This document shows, one piece after another, positions 28,018 to 38,551 of a stretch of DNA of 49,468 nucleotides; within the stretch, counting starts at the first letter, position 1, and each line of letters begins with the position of its first letter. The stretch lies in sequence record SRR20825019_1320. One strand, 5' to 3'. Below the pieces are notes generated by a model. That model did no database searches, was not told the origin of the DNA, and worked only from the letters and a program-made list of their open reading frames with translations. A program made the position numbers and the translations under genes.

Positions 28018-28494
28018 ATGAAAAGAATAACAACAATTTTGAGTTTGATCGCAGTGGTTACCCTAACCAGTGTATCATGCAAGGACAAAGCATCGCAAAA
28101 GATAGTTGCTGACAATGTTGAAAGCGCTGTAAGCAGAGATGAGGCCGATAAAAAAGTTCCTGTAATGACCTTTGAGAAAACCGAGCACGATTTCGGTACC
28201 ATCCAAAGAGGAACACCTCAAGAAACCGTATTTACATTTACCAATACAGGTGATGCCCCATTGATCATTACCGATGCTAAAAGTAGCTGTGGCTGTACAG
28301 TGCCAAACCCTCCAAAGGAGCCTATTGCACCGGGTGAAAAAGGTGAGTTGTTGGTGAAATTCAACGGTTCTGGTCAAAATCAGGTGACCAAAACCATTAC
28401 GGTAACAGCAAACACCGCCAAAGGTTCTGAAATCGTAAGAATCAAAGCATTTGTACAAGCACCAGAAGCTACACCAGCTGGTCCTGTAAAATAA
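28018..28494 (+). CDS. DUF1573 domain lipoprotein
   Basis: Lipobox SVSC; HDFG.I, FTNTGDAPLII, SSCGCT.P. Confidence 0.88.
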   Translation: MKRITTILSLIAVVTLTSVSCKDKASQKIVADNVESAVSRDEADKKVPVMTFEKTEHDFGTIQRGTPQETVFTFTNTGDAPLIITDAKSSCGCTVPNPPKEPIAPGEKGELLVKFNGSGQNQVTKTITVTANTAKGSEIVRIKAFVQAPEATPAGPVK

Positions 28495-28508
28495 TTTAAA
28501 AGACCTAA

Positions 28509-28799
28509 ATGGAAAACTTACAACAGTTTTTACCGCTGATATTGATTTTTGCCGTGGCATACTTTTTTATGATTCGCCCGCAGATCAAACGTCAGAAGGA
28601 TGAGAAAAAATTCGCTTCCGAATTAAAAAAAGGAGACAAAATTATTACCAAGAGTGGTTTGCACGGTAAGATTGTGGAATTGAACGACAAGGATTTTTCC
28701 TGTGTCATTGAGACCATGGCTGGCCGTTTAAAGTTTGATCGCTCTGCCATTTCCATGGAAATGAGCAAAAAATTAAATACTCCCGACGAAAAGAAGTAA
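28509..28799 (+). CDS. yajC: Preprotein translocase subunit YajC
   Basis: YFFMIRPQ.KR, LKKGDKIIT.SGLHGKI. Confidence 0.94.
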   Translation: MENLQQFLPLILIFAVAYFFMIRPQIKRQKDEKKFASELKKGDKIITKSGLHGKIVELNDKDFSCVIETMAGRLKFDRSAISMEMSKKLNTPDEKK

Positions 28800-28823
28800 G
28801 CGAAAACAGTATATTACATCAAG

Positions 28824-28863
28824 AACGTCCCTTAGGAATTACATTTCGAGGGACGTTTTTTTT
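28824..28863 (+). terminator. Intrinsic terminator after yajC
   Basis: AACGTCCCT...AGGGACGTT followed by a U-run. Confidence 0.75.
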
Positions 28864-28890
28864 GTATCTTATCCCAAATTTTGAAAAAAT

Positions 28891-30240
28891 ATGGGAACCA
28901 GAAGACAGTTTGTAAAGCAAAGCAGTTTGGGAGCTGCGGCCATGGGAGCATCAATGGTATTGCCAACGGAGTTGCTGGCATCGATTAGAAAAACCATCAG
29001 TCCAAATGATAAAATTCAGGTTGGCCTTATTGGTTGTAAAGGAATGGGCTTTTCCGATTTGAGTTCTATGTTGCAGAACAGCGAGGTCGAAGTTGTAGCC
29101 CTTTGCGATGTGGATGAAAATGTACTTCGCGAAAAAACTGCCGAACTGGAAAAGGGAGGAATCAAAAAGCCTAAATGGTATTCCGATTACCGAAAACTGT
29201 TGGAAGATAAAGATATTCATATCGCGATTATTGGAACGCCGGACCACTGGCATTGCCTACAACTTACCGATGCCATTGATGCCGGTAAGGATGTATATTG
29301 TGAAAAGCCCATAGCCAATTCAGTGGCAGAGAGCGATGCCATGCTTGCCAAGGTAAATGCAAGCGACAGAATGGTGCAGATAGGACAATGGCAACGCAGC
29401 GAACCCCATTTTGTGGATGCCATCAGCTATGTGCATTCCGGTAAGTTGGGTCAGATAAGACTGGTAAAAACATGGGCGTACCAAGGTTGGATGTCATCCG
29501 TTCCCGTGGTGCCCAATGGCCCTGTACCTGCTGGCGTAGATTATGATATGTGGTTGGGACCTGCGGAGAACAGACCCTTCAACCCAAACAGGTTTCACTT
29601 TAATTTTAGATGGTTTTGGGACTATGCAGGAGGATTAATGACGGATTGGGGTGTTCATTTGATTGATTACGCTCTTTTCGGAATGAAAGCATCTACGCCC
29701 AAATCTGTGATGGCCATGGGAGGTAAGTTTGCCTACCCCAACGATGCGGCCGAAACCCCTGATACTTTACAAACCATTTATGATTTTGGTGATTTTTCCC
29801 TGCTTTGGGAGCATGCCACCGGGATTGATGGTGGCAATTACGGGCGTAACCACGGTATTGCTTTTATCGGGAACAATGGAACTTTGGTGCTCGACCGTGG
29901 TGGCTGGGAGGTGATCCCGGAGCATGATCGTCCACATTGGAGTCAAGATTTGGGACCAAAAATAGAAGCTGTACCCTTACAGCAGGGTGTTGGCCAAGGT
30001 TTGGGATTGCACACACAAAACTTTTTAGAAGCGGTAAAGTCGAGGGATAAATCAATCTTGAAGGCACCGATTAAAATCGGTTATGATGCAGCTGTGGTGA
30101 GCCACATGGGTAACATTGCTTACAAAACAGGGGAACGTTTGTTCTGGGATGCGGAGAACAACAAGTTCAACCATTCGGAAGCCGATGCTCTAATATCCAA
30201 GCAATACCATAATGGATGGAAGTTCCCGAAGATGGGGTAA
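28891..30240 (+). CDS. Tat-exported Gfo/Idh/MocA oxidoreductase
   Basis: TRRQFVK twin-arginine signal; GLIGCKGMG, GTPDHWH, YCEKP, DWGVHLID. Confidence 0.9.
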   Translation: MGTRRQFVKQSSLGAAAMGASMVLPTELLASIRKTISPNDKIQVGLIGCKGMGFSDLSSMLQNSEVEVVALCDVDENVLREKTAELEKGGIKKPKWYSDYRKLLEDKDIHIAIIGTPDHWHCLQLTDAIDAGKDVYCEKPIANSVAESDAMLAKVNASDRMVQIGQWQRSEPHFVDAISYVHSGKLGQIRLVKTWAYQGWMSSVPVVPNGPVPAGVDYDMWLGPAENRPFNPNRFHFNFRWFWDYAGGLMTDWGVHLIDYALFGMKASTPKSVMAMGGKFAYPNDAAETPDTLQTIYDFGDFSLLWEHATGIDGGNYGRNHGIAFIGNNGTLVLDRGGWEVIPEHDRPHWSQDLGPKIEAVPLQQGVGQGLGLHTQNFLEAVKSRDKSILKAPIKIGYDAAVVSHMGNIAYKTGERLFWDAENNKFNHSEADALISKQYHNGWKFPKMG

Positions 30241-30286
30241 AAGACAGGTTTTTGGTTGAAATTAACAGTGACTGACGGAGCTCGAC

Positions 30287-31273
30287 TTACCGTTCAGCGT
30301 CTGTGGCAACTGTTATTTTTCCATTTTGCCACCCTTTGGGTAGATGTAGGTTCATTCCAGTTTTATTTTCAACATCGATTAAATCATTCCTAAGGGAAAT
30401 ACTTCGTAATCCGATAACATTTCTATTGTTGTTTGTCGTTTCCAAAGCTGTATCATCCGTAATGGCTCCAAGAAATCCATAGGATGTTAATGCATGATTA
30501 TTTAAAGCTGCAGTTCGCCAATCTTCTATTTGGGCTAATTCGTACGGTGATATTTCACCCTGTTTCAGTGTATTTAATAATTTTGGCCTTAAATAAGCGT
30601 AGATGGTATCTTTCGAATTATAATTTACGGATATTGAATTATGGTGACTTAAAATCACGGATCCCCATAGGTTGTTCCCTGTAAGCCGTTCACCTGGATA
30701 ACCATACTCTTTTAAAATTTGCTCCAGTTGTTCTAACTGCTGCTCGCTATGAGGGGCAAATTTTTTTTCTGAATACCTCCTTTTGGCTTTTTGTCCAATT
30801 CTGAACAATGCCCCAAGTGCTTTTTTCTGGTCCTTTTTGAACATTTCATGGACTTGTTCCTTGAGCAGAGGATTTAGTCCCGATAAGTATATTTGGTGGA
30901 GGGAATCATATTCGGATAAAAGCTTTGACCATTCCGAAGATTTTTTTAATGACTGTAAATTGTCATTTTTTTTGATGCTTTTCAGTGTCCAACCAGCTTT
31001 GATTCCCATTCTCGTGAATTGTAATCCTGATTGATAATCATTTTGATATGCACTGAGCTCAGTAGCAACTTTGATGTCTCTTAAAAACGAGAAATCAAAC
31101 TGTTTAAATAGAGAATCAAATGTATCAATCGCAGAAGAGTATTTTCCTTCAGCAATCAGCTGTTCACACTCAATTACTTTGGAATGGTAGTTCAGGTAGT
31201 TTTCTTGGGCTTTACTTTTGACAGAAAACAAAAGACAGCCAATAAAAATAAGGGTCAGTGAAAATTTAGCCAT
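30287..31273 (-). CDS. Hypothetical secreted protein
   Basis: Signal peptide MAKFSLTLIFIGCLLFSVKSKA; helical body with DQ and YGYPGE segments; start placed at 31273. Confidence 0.7.
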   Translation of the reverse strand: MAKFSLTLIFIGCLLFSVKSKAQENYLNYHSKVIECEQLIAEGKYSSAIDTFDSLFKQFDFSFLRDIKVATELSAYQNDYQSGLQFTRMGIKAGWTLKSIKKNDNLQSLKKSSEWSKLLSEYDSLHQIYLSGLNPLLKEQVHEMFKKDQKKALGALFRIGQKAKRRYSEKKFAPHSEQQLEQLEQILKEYGYPGERLTGNNLWGSVILSHHNSISVNYNSKDTIYAYLRPKLLNTLKQGEISPYELAQIEDWRTAALNNHALTSYGFLGAITDDTALETTNNNRNVIGLRSISLRNDLIDVENKTGMNLHLPKGWQNGKITVATDAER

Positions 31274-31442
31274 AAAACAAAAGAATGCATTTTGACTATA
31301 AATGGCTGTCAATGAATCGTTAAATGTGGTTTCAAGGTTAAATCTGTAGTTAAGATTAACCAATATATTCTTTTTGAGCTGCTGTTGATGATTATCGGAG
31401 AATGTGTTTGTCGGCAACTAAGAACTTGAGCAAAAAATAGTA

Positions 31443-32414
31443 TTATTTTTCAATAATGCCAATATCCTTAGAATGTGCTATGGCATCGCTACTGTTATTA
31501 AAATAAAGATACTTAACGTTTAAGGACCTAACGTTCTTTAAAATGCTTTTTACCTTTTCTTTAGGTTTGTTGCCCGTTTGGCGTATATAAATTGCTTTGA
31601 TGTTTTTAGGGAAAACCTTGCATATACGTTCATAAAGGTAGGGGTCTTTTTGTGAATCATCGCCCAACAATACATAATCGAGTTCCGGGTAAAAGGAAAT
31701 GATATCTTTAATTTTCTCAAATTTGTGATCGTGACTTCCGCCTCCTGTGAAAAAGAAATCCCCGAGTCCAGTTTTGATTTTCTTTAATTTGACCACGGCT
31801 TTGGGCAATCTGTATTTATTGGCGATGGCAACTATGAACGAATAAAGGTTCCATTCGCTACTGGAAACATAAAAAAATGAATTAAAGGAATTATTATCCT
31901 TTAGTCCGGCCATACTTAATGCTTGGTAATGTGAAGGTACATCATCGAATATTTTTCGCTTATCAATATTTTGAGTCAACATCACATAAAGTTTTTTAAA
32001 GATATTGGAACTGTGCGATATCAAAAATGTATCGTCAATATCGGAAATAATTCCATATCTGCCAGTATGTGGTTTTAAGATTTCGCCATTGGTCACAATA
32101 TTAAATTTACCATAATCGCATCTCACACTACAGGGATACCAGCCGCTTGTCAATGGTTTGTCAAAAGGGATTCTAAAATTAAAATAACCATCTTTCATTG
32201 TTTTGGTCGATACCGATTCACCTTGAAATTGAAGTGTGACCTTTTCATTGGATAGTGGTTTTACCGTAAACATTTTCAGTATGGAGAAGGCATGTTTAAT
32301 GGCTCTCCTTTCAATGCTGTATTGGCTAGGTGCCCAAGATTTGAAAACATGTCCCGAGATTATTAATTCCTTGTTATTCATATAACCACGATAAATGCTT
32401 ATATCCACCTTCAT
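31443..32414 (-). CDS. App1-like phosphatidate phosphatase (DUF2183)
   Basis: GIISDIDDT (DxDxT), FYVSSSEWNLY, LLGDDSQKDP.LY, AIYIR. Confidence 0.85.
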   Translation of the reverse strand: MKVDISIYRGYMNNKELIISGHVFKSWAPSQYSIERRAIKHAFSILKMFTVKPLSNEKVTLQFQGESVSTKTMKDGYFNFRIPFDKPLTSGWYPCSVRCDYGKFNIVTNGEILKPHTGRYGIISDIDDTFLISHSSNIFKKLYVMLTQNIDKRKIFDDVPSHYQALSMAGLKDNNSFNSFFYVSSSEWNLYSFIVAIANKYRLPKAVVKLKKIKTGLGDFFFTGGGSHDHKFEKIKDIISFYPELDYVLLGDDSQKDPYLYERICKVFPKNIKAIYIRQTGNKPKEKVKSILKNVRSLNVKYLYFNNSSDAIAHSKDIGIIEK

Positions 32415-32471
32415 ACGAACTGTTGCTGAAAAAATGATAAATTTATCATTAGGATAATATATTAAAATATA

Positions 32472-33353
32472 ATGAAAGAGAATCTTCTATTAATCATAAA
32501 CCCAACTGCAGGTTCTATTAATGTAAGTGAAGTAATGGACTTGGTTGATGAATGGTCCAATGAATCCAGATTCAATATTGAAACCTATAAAACTTCTGGA
32601 AAAAATGACGAAAAGAAGATTGAGAAATTACTACAGGACAAAGCATATGCACGAGTAGTTGCAGCTGGTGGTGATGGAACCATAAATATGGTAGCTTCCA
32701 AACTTTTGAACAAAGATATTGTATTGGGAATTTTAGCTTGTGGTTCCGCAAATGGACTGGCTACTTCTATGCAAATTCCAAAAAACTTGAACCAGCAATT
32801 TGATATCGCCTTGAATGGTGATCCTTTAACCATTGACAGTCTTTTTATCAATGATATATTTTGTGCCCATATCGCAGATGTTGGAATCAATGCTGAATTG
32901 ATTTATAACTATGAAAAGTCAGGGGCTAGTGGAATGTGGGGGTATGCCGTTCAAAGCATTCCAACCTTGTTGAAATCCAACTACCCTTATAAATTCAAGA
33001 TTTCCATTGAGGATAAGGTGATAGAAAGAGAAGGTGTACTGCTGGTTTTTTCCAATGCCAGAAAATATGGAACGGGAGCCATCGTAAATCCAGAGGGTAA
33101 GATTGATGATGGCAATTTTGAAGTGATTTTGTATAAAAAATTAGGTGTTCGTGAAGTTTTGGAAACCTTTCGAGGCAACAGTCTAAAAAAAGAGACTTCC
33201 ATGGAAATGTATCAAGCCACGTCTGTATCGGTCGAATGCGAATCACCGATCGCCCTTCAGGTAGATGGTGAATTTATTGGCAAATACAATACTTTTTCGG
33301 TCCATATACAACCACAGAGTTTACAATTGGCCGTTCCCAAATCAGTCAGGTAA
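32472..33353 (+). CDS. Diacylglycerol/lipid kinase family protein (YegS/DagK-like)
   Basis: IINPTAG, AAGGDGT, GSANGLA, QVDGE. Confidence 0.9.
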   Translation: MKENLLLIINPTAGSINVSEVMDLVDEWSNESRFNIETYKTSGKNDEKKIEKLLQDKAYARVVAAGGDGTINMVASKLLNKDIVLGILACGSANGLATSMQIPKNLNQQFDIALNGDPLTIDSLFINDIFCAHIADVGINAELIYNYEKSGASGMWGYAVQSIPTLLKSNYPYKFKISIEDKVIEREGVLLVFSNARKYGTGAIVNPEGKIDDGNFEVILYKKLGVREVLETFRGNSLKKETSMEMYQATSVSVECESPIALQVDGEFIGKYNTFSVHIQPQSLQLAVPKSVR

Positions 33354-33473
33354 AGAAAACAGGTAATTAGAAAGGATGGAAAGCTTTTTGGGTTCACCTA
33401 TCGTTAAAGGTATGATTCGTTTTAATTATGATGACCGATGCCTTGTTTCAATTGACTGATGATGAGATGCCGA

Positions 33474-34064
33474 TTACCTATACCCATCATTCAACCCGAC
33501 ACCATCTTTGATCATGGGAAGTATTTTTTCCAACCTGCGCAGTTTGGTTTTTTCTTGTTTGGCCTCGGCAATGTACTCACAGAACTCTTTTTGTTTGTAT
33601 GGAGTGAAATTTTCAAAGGAAGATTTTAAAACGGAATCACTGTCAAGTTTGGATTGTAGCAATTCGGGAATCTCTATCTCTTTGGTTTTCTCGGCTTTTA
33701 TTTCCAATCCTTTTTTTTGATTTTCCAAGGCTTCGTTCATATAGGCCAGTACAGCCTTTTCGTTGACTTCTTCCAAATCGTGGAACTTCCAATGGCGCAT
33801 CCCCTTGGTCTTGCCATCCTGTGCATTCTCCAAAACCTTTTTTGGATCCTTTAAAAATACACCATTAAAAAACCAAACACCGAAATAACTCTTGAACTTT
33901 CCAATGCCAAATACATTTTTGCCATCCAACGTATAAACAGGTATACTCCATTTAAAGTCCTCTACGGCTTCTGTTTTTAGGGCAATCTCTCGCAGTAGAG
34001 CAATGCCGCCCTTATACGGATGCTCGCTTTCGTAAAAAGACTCCAGTTTTTCGATTTTATCCAC
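33474..34064 (-). CDS. DUF1801 / YdeI-OmdA family protein
   Basis: EDFKWSIPVY, WFFNGVFLKD, TPYKQKEFCEYIAEAKQEKT..RRLEK; GTG start just after the pepT stop. Confidence 0.85.
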   Translation of the reverse strand: MDKIEKLESFYESEHPYKGGIALLREIALKTEAVEDFKWSIPVYTLDGKNVFGIGKFKSYFGVWFFNGVFLKDPKKVLENAQDGKTKGMRHWKFHDLEEVNEKAVLAYMNEALENQKKGLEIKAEKTKEIEIPELLQSKLDSDSVLKSSFENFTPYKQKEFCEYIAEAKQEKTKLRRLEKILPMIKDGVGLNDGYR

Positions 34065-34066
34065 AA

Positions 34067-35296
34067 CTATCTGATTTGACTAGCGGTAAGTTCGCAAATT
34101 TTGGCGATAACCAGCACAGCTTTTTCCATGCTTTCCAAGGGAACGTACTCGTATTTGCCATGGAAATTGTGCCCACCGGCAAAAATGTTGGGGCAGGGCA
34201 GTCCCATAAAACTGAGTTGGGAGCCATCGGTCCCTCCACGGATAGGTTTAATGATTGGTTCTATTTGGAGAGATTTCATAGCTTCTTCCGCTATTTCTAC
34301 AATATGAAAGACCGGTTCCACCTTCTCTCTCATATTCTTATACTGGTCCTCAATGGTCAGGCTGATGAACTCTCCATATTTTTTGTTGAGTTTTTCCTTT
34401 ATGTCGTTTAAAAGGTCTTTTCTGGCTTGAAAATGTACAGCATCGTGATCACGGATGATAAGTTCTATTTCTGCTTTTTCAATTTCCCCCTTGATTTTGT
34501 GAACATGGAAAAAACCTTCCCGACCCGTGGTGTGTTCGGGTACTTCGCTTGGGGGCAAATGGGTTAAATAGTCGTTGGCAATCCCAATGGCGTTTACCAT
34601 TTTGTTCTTTGCATATCCGGGATGCACACTTTTTCCCGATACGGTAATCTTGGCCTTTGCGGCATTGAAGTTTTCATATTCCAGCTCGCCAACTTGGCTA
34701 CCATCCATGGTGTAGGCCCATTCGGCGCCAAATTTTTCCACATCAAATTTGTGGGCACCGCGTCCAATTTCTTCATCGGGAGTAAAGGCAATCCTAATTT
34801 TTCCATGTTTGATCTCAGGATGTTGAATCAAGTATTCCATTGCAGTAATAATTTCGGCAATACCTGCTTTGTCATCAGCGCCCAAGAGAGTCGTGCCATC
34901 CGTGGTAATCAATGTCTGCCCTATGTAAGCCTTTAAATCTTCAAAATAATCCGGAGATAGAACAATGTTGTTCAACTTGTTGAGCACAATATCTTTCCCG
35001 TCATAATTTTCAATGATCTGTGGTTTTACATTTCTGCCCGAGAAATCCGGGGAAGTATCAAAATGAGACACAAATCCAATGGTAGGTACTTTTTTATCAG
35101 TATTGCTGGGCAAGGTTGCCATTATGTAGGCATTTTCGTCGATTGAGACCTCCTGCATACCGATTTGGTGCAGTTCCATCACTAATTTTTTCGCTAGGTC
35201 CCATTGTTTTTCTGTACTTGGAGTGGTCTTGGAATAGGGGGCGCTCTGTGTGTCAGTGGTCACGTAATCTAAAAATCGGGACAATAACTTTTCCAT
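34067..35296 (-). CDS. pepT: Peptidase T (tripeptide aminopeptidase)
   Basis: [40 protein letters not shown]. Confidence 0.96.
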   Translation of the reverse strand: MEKLLSRFLDYVTTDTQSAPYSKTTPSTEKQWDLAKKLVMELHQIGMQEVSIDENAYIMATLPSNTDKKVPTIGFVSHFDTSPDFSGRNVKPQIIENYDGKDIVLNKLNNIVLSPDYFEDLKAYIGQTLITTDGTTLLGADDKAGIAEIITAMEYLIQHPEIKHGKIRIAFTPDEEIGRGAHKFDVEKFGAEWAYTMDGSQVGELEYENFNAAKAKITVSGKSVHPGYAKNKMVNAIGIANDYLTHLPPSEVPEHTTGREGFFHVHKIKGEIEKAEIELIIRDHDAVHFQARKDLLNDIKEKLNKKYGEFISLTIEDQYKNMREKVEPVFHIVEIAEEAMKSLQIEPIIKPIRGGTDGSQLSFMGLPCPNIFAGGHNFHGKYEYVPLESMEKAVLVIAKICELTASQIR

Positions 35297-35400
35297 GGTC
35301 GGGTGTCGAGTTTCATCAAAAATAAGGCTTATTCAAACGTAATTTTGCAAATCAAGGGCATTAATAAGTATCTTTCACGAACCATTAAAATCAACTTCAC

Positions 35401-35820
35401 TTGAAACCGCTGGTATATTTTCTTTTTTTGATATCTGGATTTTACGGAACCGCCCAGATGGATTGTATTTTAGGTGTTGGCGGTAGGGATAACGAGACCA
35501 TTACCAAAGTTTTTGAGCTCACTGAAGAGCAAAAGGACAACTTGAAAAATTGGAGTGCCGAACTAAAGATCAGGAACGATATTTTTAAGGAACGGGCAGA
35601 GTACCTAATGAAACAAAACGAGGATAGCTCGCCCGAAGTTCTGATTGAAGTGTCCAAAAAGTACCAATCCTTTATCGATAGCATGGCAAAAAATGTCCAT
35701 ATGATGGATAAAAGACTGCTGGAAAGTTTCACCCAAACACAATATGATAGGTATTTGAAGCTGTGCAACCAAATGACCCTGCGCCCCATCTATGTAAATA
35801 GGTCTGTTGACGAAAATTGA
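35401..35820 (+). CDS. Hypothetical secreted helical protein
   Basis: TTG start, N-terminal hydrophobic signal, fills the gap between pepT and pyrD. Confidence 0.7.
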   Translation: MKPLVYFLFLISGFYGTAQMDCILGVGGRDNETITKVFELTEEQKDNLKNWSAELKIRNDIFKERAEYLMKQNEDSSPEVLIEVSKKYQSFIDSMAKNVHMMDKRLLESFTQTQYDRYLKLCNQMTLRPIYVNRSVDEN

Positions 35821-35876
35821 CCGAAATGTTAAGAACTGTTTTAAGAGTTTTTATTTTTGTCCAAAATCCATTCTGA

Positions 35877-36917
35877 ATGTACAAAATCCTTATTCGTCCG
35901 GTACTTTTTTTGTTTGACCCAGAAGCCGTGCACCACTTTACTTTTAGGGCTATAAAGTTTTTTTCAAGATTGGGTTTGGGCAGTATTTTTCGAAAGATTT
36001 TTGTTGTTGATGACCCGAGATTGAAACGGGAAGTATTTGGAGTGAGATTTAAGAATCCAGTTGGTTTGGCCGCTGGTTTTGATAAAGATGCCAAATTGTA
36101 CAACGAGTTTTCGGATTTTGGGTTTGGATTTGTGGAAATCGGAACTGTAACTCCGAAACCACAGCCGGGGAACCCTAAAAAAAGATTATTCAGATTAAAG
36201 GATGATAAGGCCATTATAAATAGAATGGGGTTCAACAACAAAGGGGTTTTTGAGGCTGTTGAGCAGTTGAAGAAAGGGCACCGTGTAATTGTTGGAGGTA
36301 ATATTGGAAAGAACAAAGTAACAGCTAACGAGGACGCATTGAAGGATTATCTCATCTGTTTTGAAGCTTTGTTTGATCATGTGGACTATTTTGTGGTAAA
36401 TGTGAGTTCACCCAATACGCCAGGCCTAAGAGAGTTACAGGATAGGGAGCCGTTGACCAATTTGCTCAAAAAGCTAAAAAGTCAGAATAAAAAACTGGCC
36501 AAGAGCACGTCCAAGAAAGAGAAACCGATATTATTGAAGATTGCCCCTGATTTAACGGACGACCAACTGTTGGACATCATCGAAATTGTTGCCGACACAA
36601 AAATTGATGGTGTAATTGCCACAAACACTACTATTGCGCGAAACGATTTAAAATCACATCTTACCTTATCTGAAGAAACTGGAGGATTAAGCGGTAAACC
36701 CTTAACTAATAGGAGTACAGAGGTAATCCGATTTTTGGCCGATAACAGTAGAAAAGCATTTCCGATTATTGGGGTGGGAGGTATTCATTCAGAAGCCGAT
36801 GCATTGGAAAAATTGGAGGCAGGCGCGGATTTGGTTCAACTTTATACCGGTTTTATTTACGAGGGCCCTGCACTTATCAAAAAAATCAACAAAGCCATTT
36901 TGGAGAAAATGGGTTAA
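35877..36917 (+). CDS. pyrD: Quinone-dependent dihydroorotate dehydrogenase
   Basis: [42 protein letters not shown]. Confidence 0.97.
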   Translation: MYKILIRPVLFLFDPEAVHHFTFRAIKFFSRLGLGSIFRKIFVVDDPRLKREVFGVRFKNPVGLAAGFDKDAKLYNEFSDFGFGFVEIGTVTPKPQPGNPKKRLFRLKDDKAIINRMGFNNKGVFEAVEQLKKGHRVIVGGNIGKNKVTANEDALKDYLICFEALFDHVDYFVVNVSSPNTPGLRELQDREPLTNLLKKLKSQNKKLAKSTSKKEKPILLKIAPDLTDDQLLDIIEIVADTKIDGVIATNTTIARNDLKSHLTLSEETGGLSGKPLTNRSTEVIRFLADNSRKAFPIIGVGGIHSEADALEKLEAGADLVQLYTGFIYEGPALIKKINKAILEKMG

Positions 36918-36923
36918 GAAAAT

Positions 36924-37580
36924 ATGTACGGTTTGCTACTATTTCTGGAAACCATCAATACCCCTATATTGATTGGCTTTTTAGTCTCATCTTTGGTACT
37001 CGCCATTTCGCCGGGACCTGATAATATTTTTGTACTTACCCAAAGTATCAGTAACGGCACAAAATCTGGTTTGGCCACTGTTTTTGGATTGGTTTCGGGC
37101 TGTTTGGTGCATACCACACTGTTGGCTTTTGGGGTGTCCGAAATCATTAAACAAAGCGATACCTTGTTTTTTGTCATCAAATTGTTTGGTGCCATATATT
37201 TATTGTATTTGGCCTATCAAGTTTATCGTAGCGATGCTTCAATTCTTTTGGATAACAAAAACAAAACTGTTAAATCACCCCGAAAACTTTTTTGGACTGG
37301 GTTCACCATGAATGTGCTCAACCCCAAGGTCACTATCTTTTTTTTGGCATTTTTTCCTGGTTTTTTGTTCAGTGACAGTCTCAGTACCGTTGTTCAATTT
37401 TATATTTTGGGATTGCTTTTTATGCTTTCTGCCCTTATTGTTTTCGGTACAATTGCAGTTTTGGCGGGTAAAATCACCAAGTATCTTTCGCGTCATCAAA
37501 AAACAGGATTCTATTTAAAATGGGTGCAGATAGTTGTTTTTGTGGGGATTGCTCTTTATCTATTTCTGTCGGAGAAATAA
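36924..37580 (+). CDS. LysE/RhtB-family exporter (start uncertain)
   Basis: SPGPDN, GAIYLLYLA, NVLNPKVTIFFLAFFP. Confidence 0.9.
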   Translation: MYGLLLFLETINTPILIGFLVSSLVLAISPGPDNIFVLTQSISNGTKSGLATVFGLVSGCLVHTTLLAFGVSEIIKQSDTLFFVIKLFGAIYLLYLAYQVYRSDASILLDNKNKTVKSPRKLFWTGFTMNVLNPKVTIFFLAFFPGFLFSDSLSTVVQFYILGLLFMLSALIVFGTIAVLAGKITKYLSRHQKTGFYLKWVQIVVFVGIALYLFLSEK

Positions 37581-37601
37581 GTGCTATTTTTACGGGAGAC
37601 T

Positions 37602-38465
37602 ATGCAAAAAGTTAAACTCATAGAATGTCCAAGGGATGCCATGCAGGGTATCAAAACCTTTATCCCCACGGATGAAAAGGTAAAGTATATCCAATCCTTG
37701 TTGGGTTGCGGTTTTGATACGATTGACTTTGGAAGTTTTGTATCCCCCAAGGCTATACCGCAGATGCAGGATACAGCAGAGGTTTTGGCAAAGTTGGATT
37801 TGTCACGCACTCGAAGTAAACTTTTGGCTATAGTGGCAAATGTACGAGGCGCTCAAGATGCATGCGAACACAAAGCAATCGATTATCTAGGTTTTCCTTT
37901 TTCCATTTCCGAAAACTTTCAGATGCGGAATACCCACAAGACCATCGATCAATCGGTGGAAACGTTAAAGGGAATCTTGGAACTGGCAGATGCAAACAAT
38001 AAAGAAGTGGTCACCTATATTTCCATGGGGTTTGGGAATCCCTACGGAGATCCTTGGAACGTGGAGATAGTGGGGGAGTGGACCGAAAAACTGGCCGAAA
38101 TGGGAACCAGAATACTATCATTGTCGGATACCATTGGCAGTTCTACATCCGAGGTCATAGATTATTTGTTTTCCAACTTAATCCCCAAATATCCAGATAT
38201 TGAATTCGGGGCCCATTTGCACACAACGCCCACAAAATGGCACGAAAAGGTGGATGCGGCCTATAAAGCCGGTTGCCGCCGTTTTGATGGAGCTGTGCAA
38301 GGTTTTGGCGGTTGCCCAATGGCCAAGGACGAATTGACGGGCAATATGCCCACCGAAAAAATGCTCTCCTATTTTACCACGGAAAAAGCCGATTCAGGTG
38401 TCAACTGGATGGTTTTTGAAGCTGCCTACAATAAGGCTACGGAATTGTTCTCTGTGTACCATTAA
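37602..38465 (+). CDS. Hydroxymethylglutaryl-CoA lyase family protein
   Basis: ECPRDAMQG, SFVSPKAIPQM, LSDTIG, HLH, GFGGCP. Confidence 0.9.
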   Translation: MQKVKLIECPRDAMQGIKTFIPTDEKVKYIQSLLGCGFDTIDFGSFVSPKAIPQMQDTAEVLAKLDLSRTRSKLLAIVANVRGAQDACEHKAIDYLGFPFSISENFQMRNTHKTIDQSVETLKGILELADANNKEVVTYISMGFGNPYGDPWNVEIVGEWTEKLAEMGTRILSLSDTIGSSTSEVIDYLFSNLIPKYPDIEFGAHLHTTPTKWHEKVDAAYKAGCRRFDGAVQGFGGCPMAKDELTGNMPTEKMLSYFTTEKADSGVNWMVFEAAYNKATELFSVYH

Positions 38466-38499
38466 ACCTTTTCAGAATAGATAAAATCACTCTTCATTT

Positions 38500-38518
38500 A
38501 TTTAGATTGAGTCTAAAT
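38500..38518. promoter_or_regulatory. Palindromic operator ATTTAGA-N5-TCTAAAT next to a -7 box (TATATTTG, 38522-38529)
   Basis: Perfect 7-5-7 inverted repeat; near-identical copy at 39436-39460. Confidence 0.7.
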
Positions 38519-38551
38519 TGATATATTTGATGCTTCCAACGATTCACCTTT

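Noticed and set aside
30238-33370. Target-site duplication or attC-like cassette ends around the AT-rich patch (ACAGGT near 30244 and 33359; TGTCGGCAAC near 31408)
   Set aside because: Matches are too short or lack a partner arm, and no recombinase is adjacent.
36924-36970. Possible truncation or non-canonical start of the LysE gene
   Set aside because: The frame is intact with an in-frame ATG; only the exact start is uncertain.
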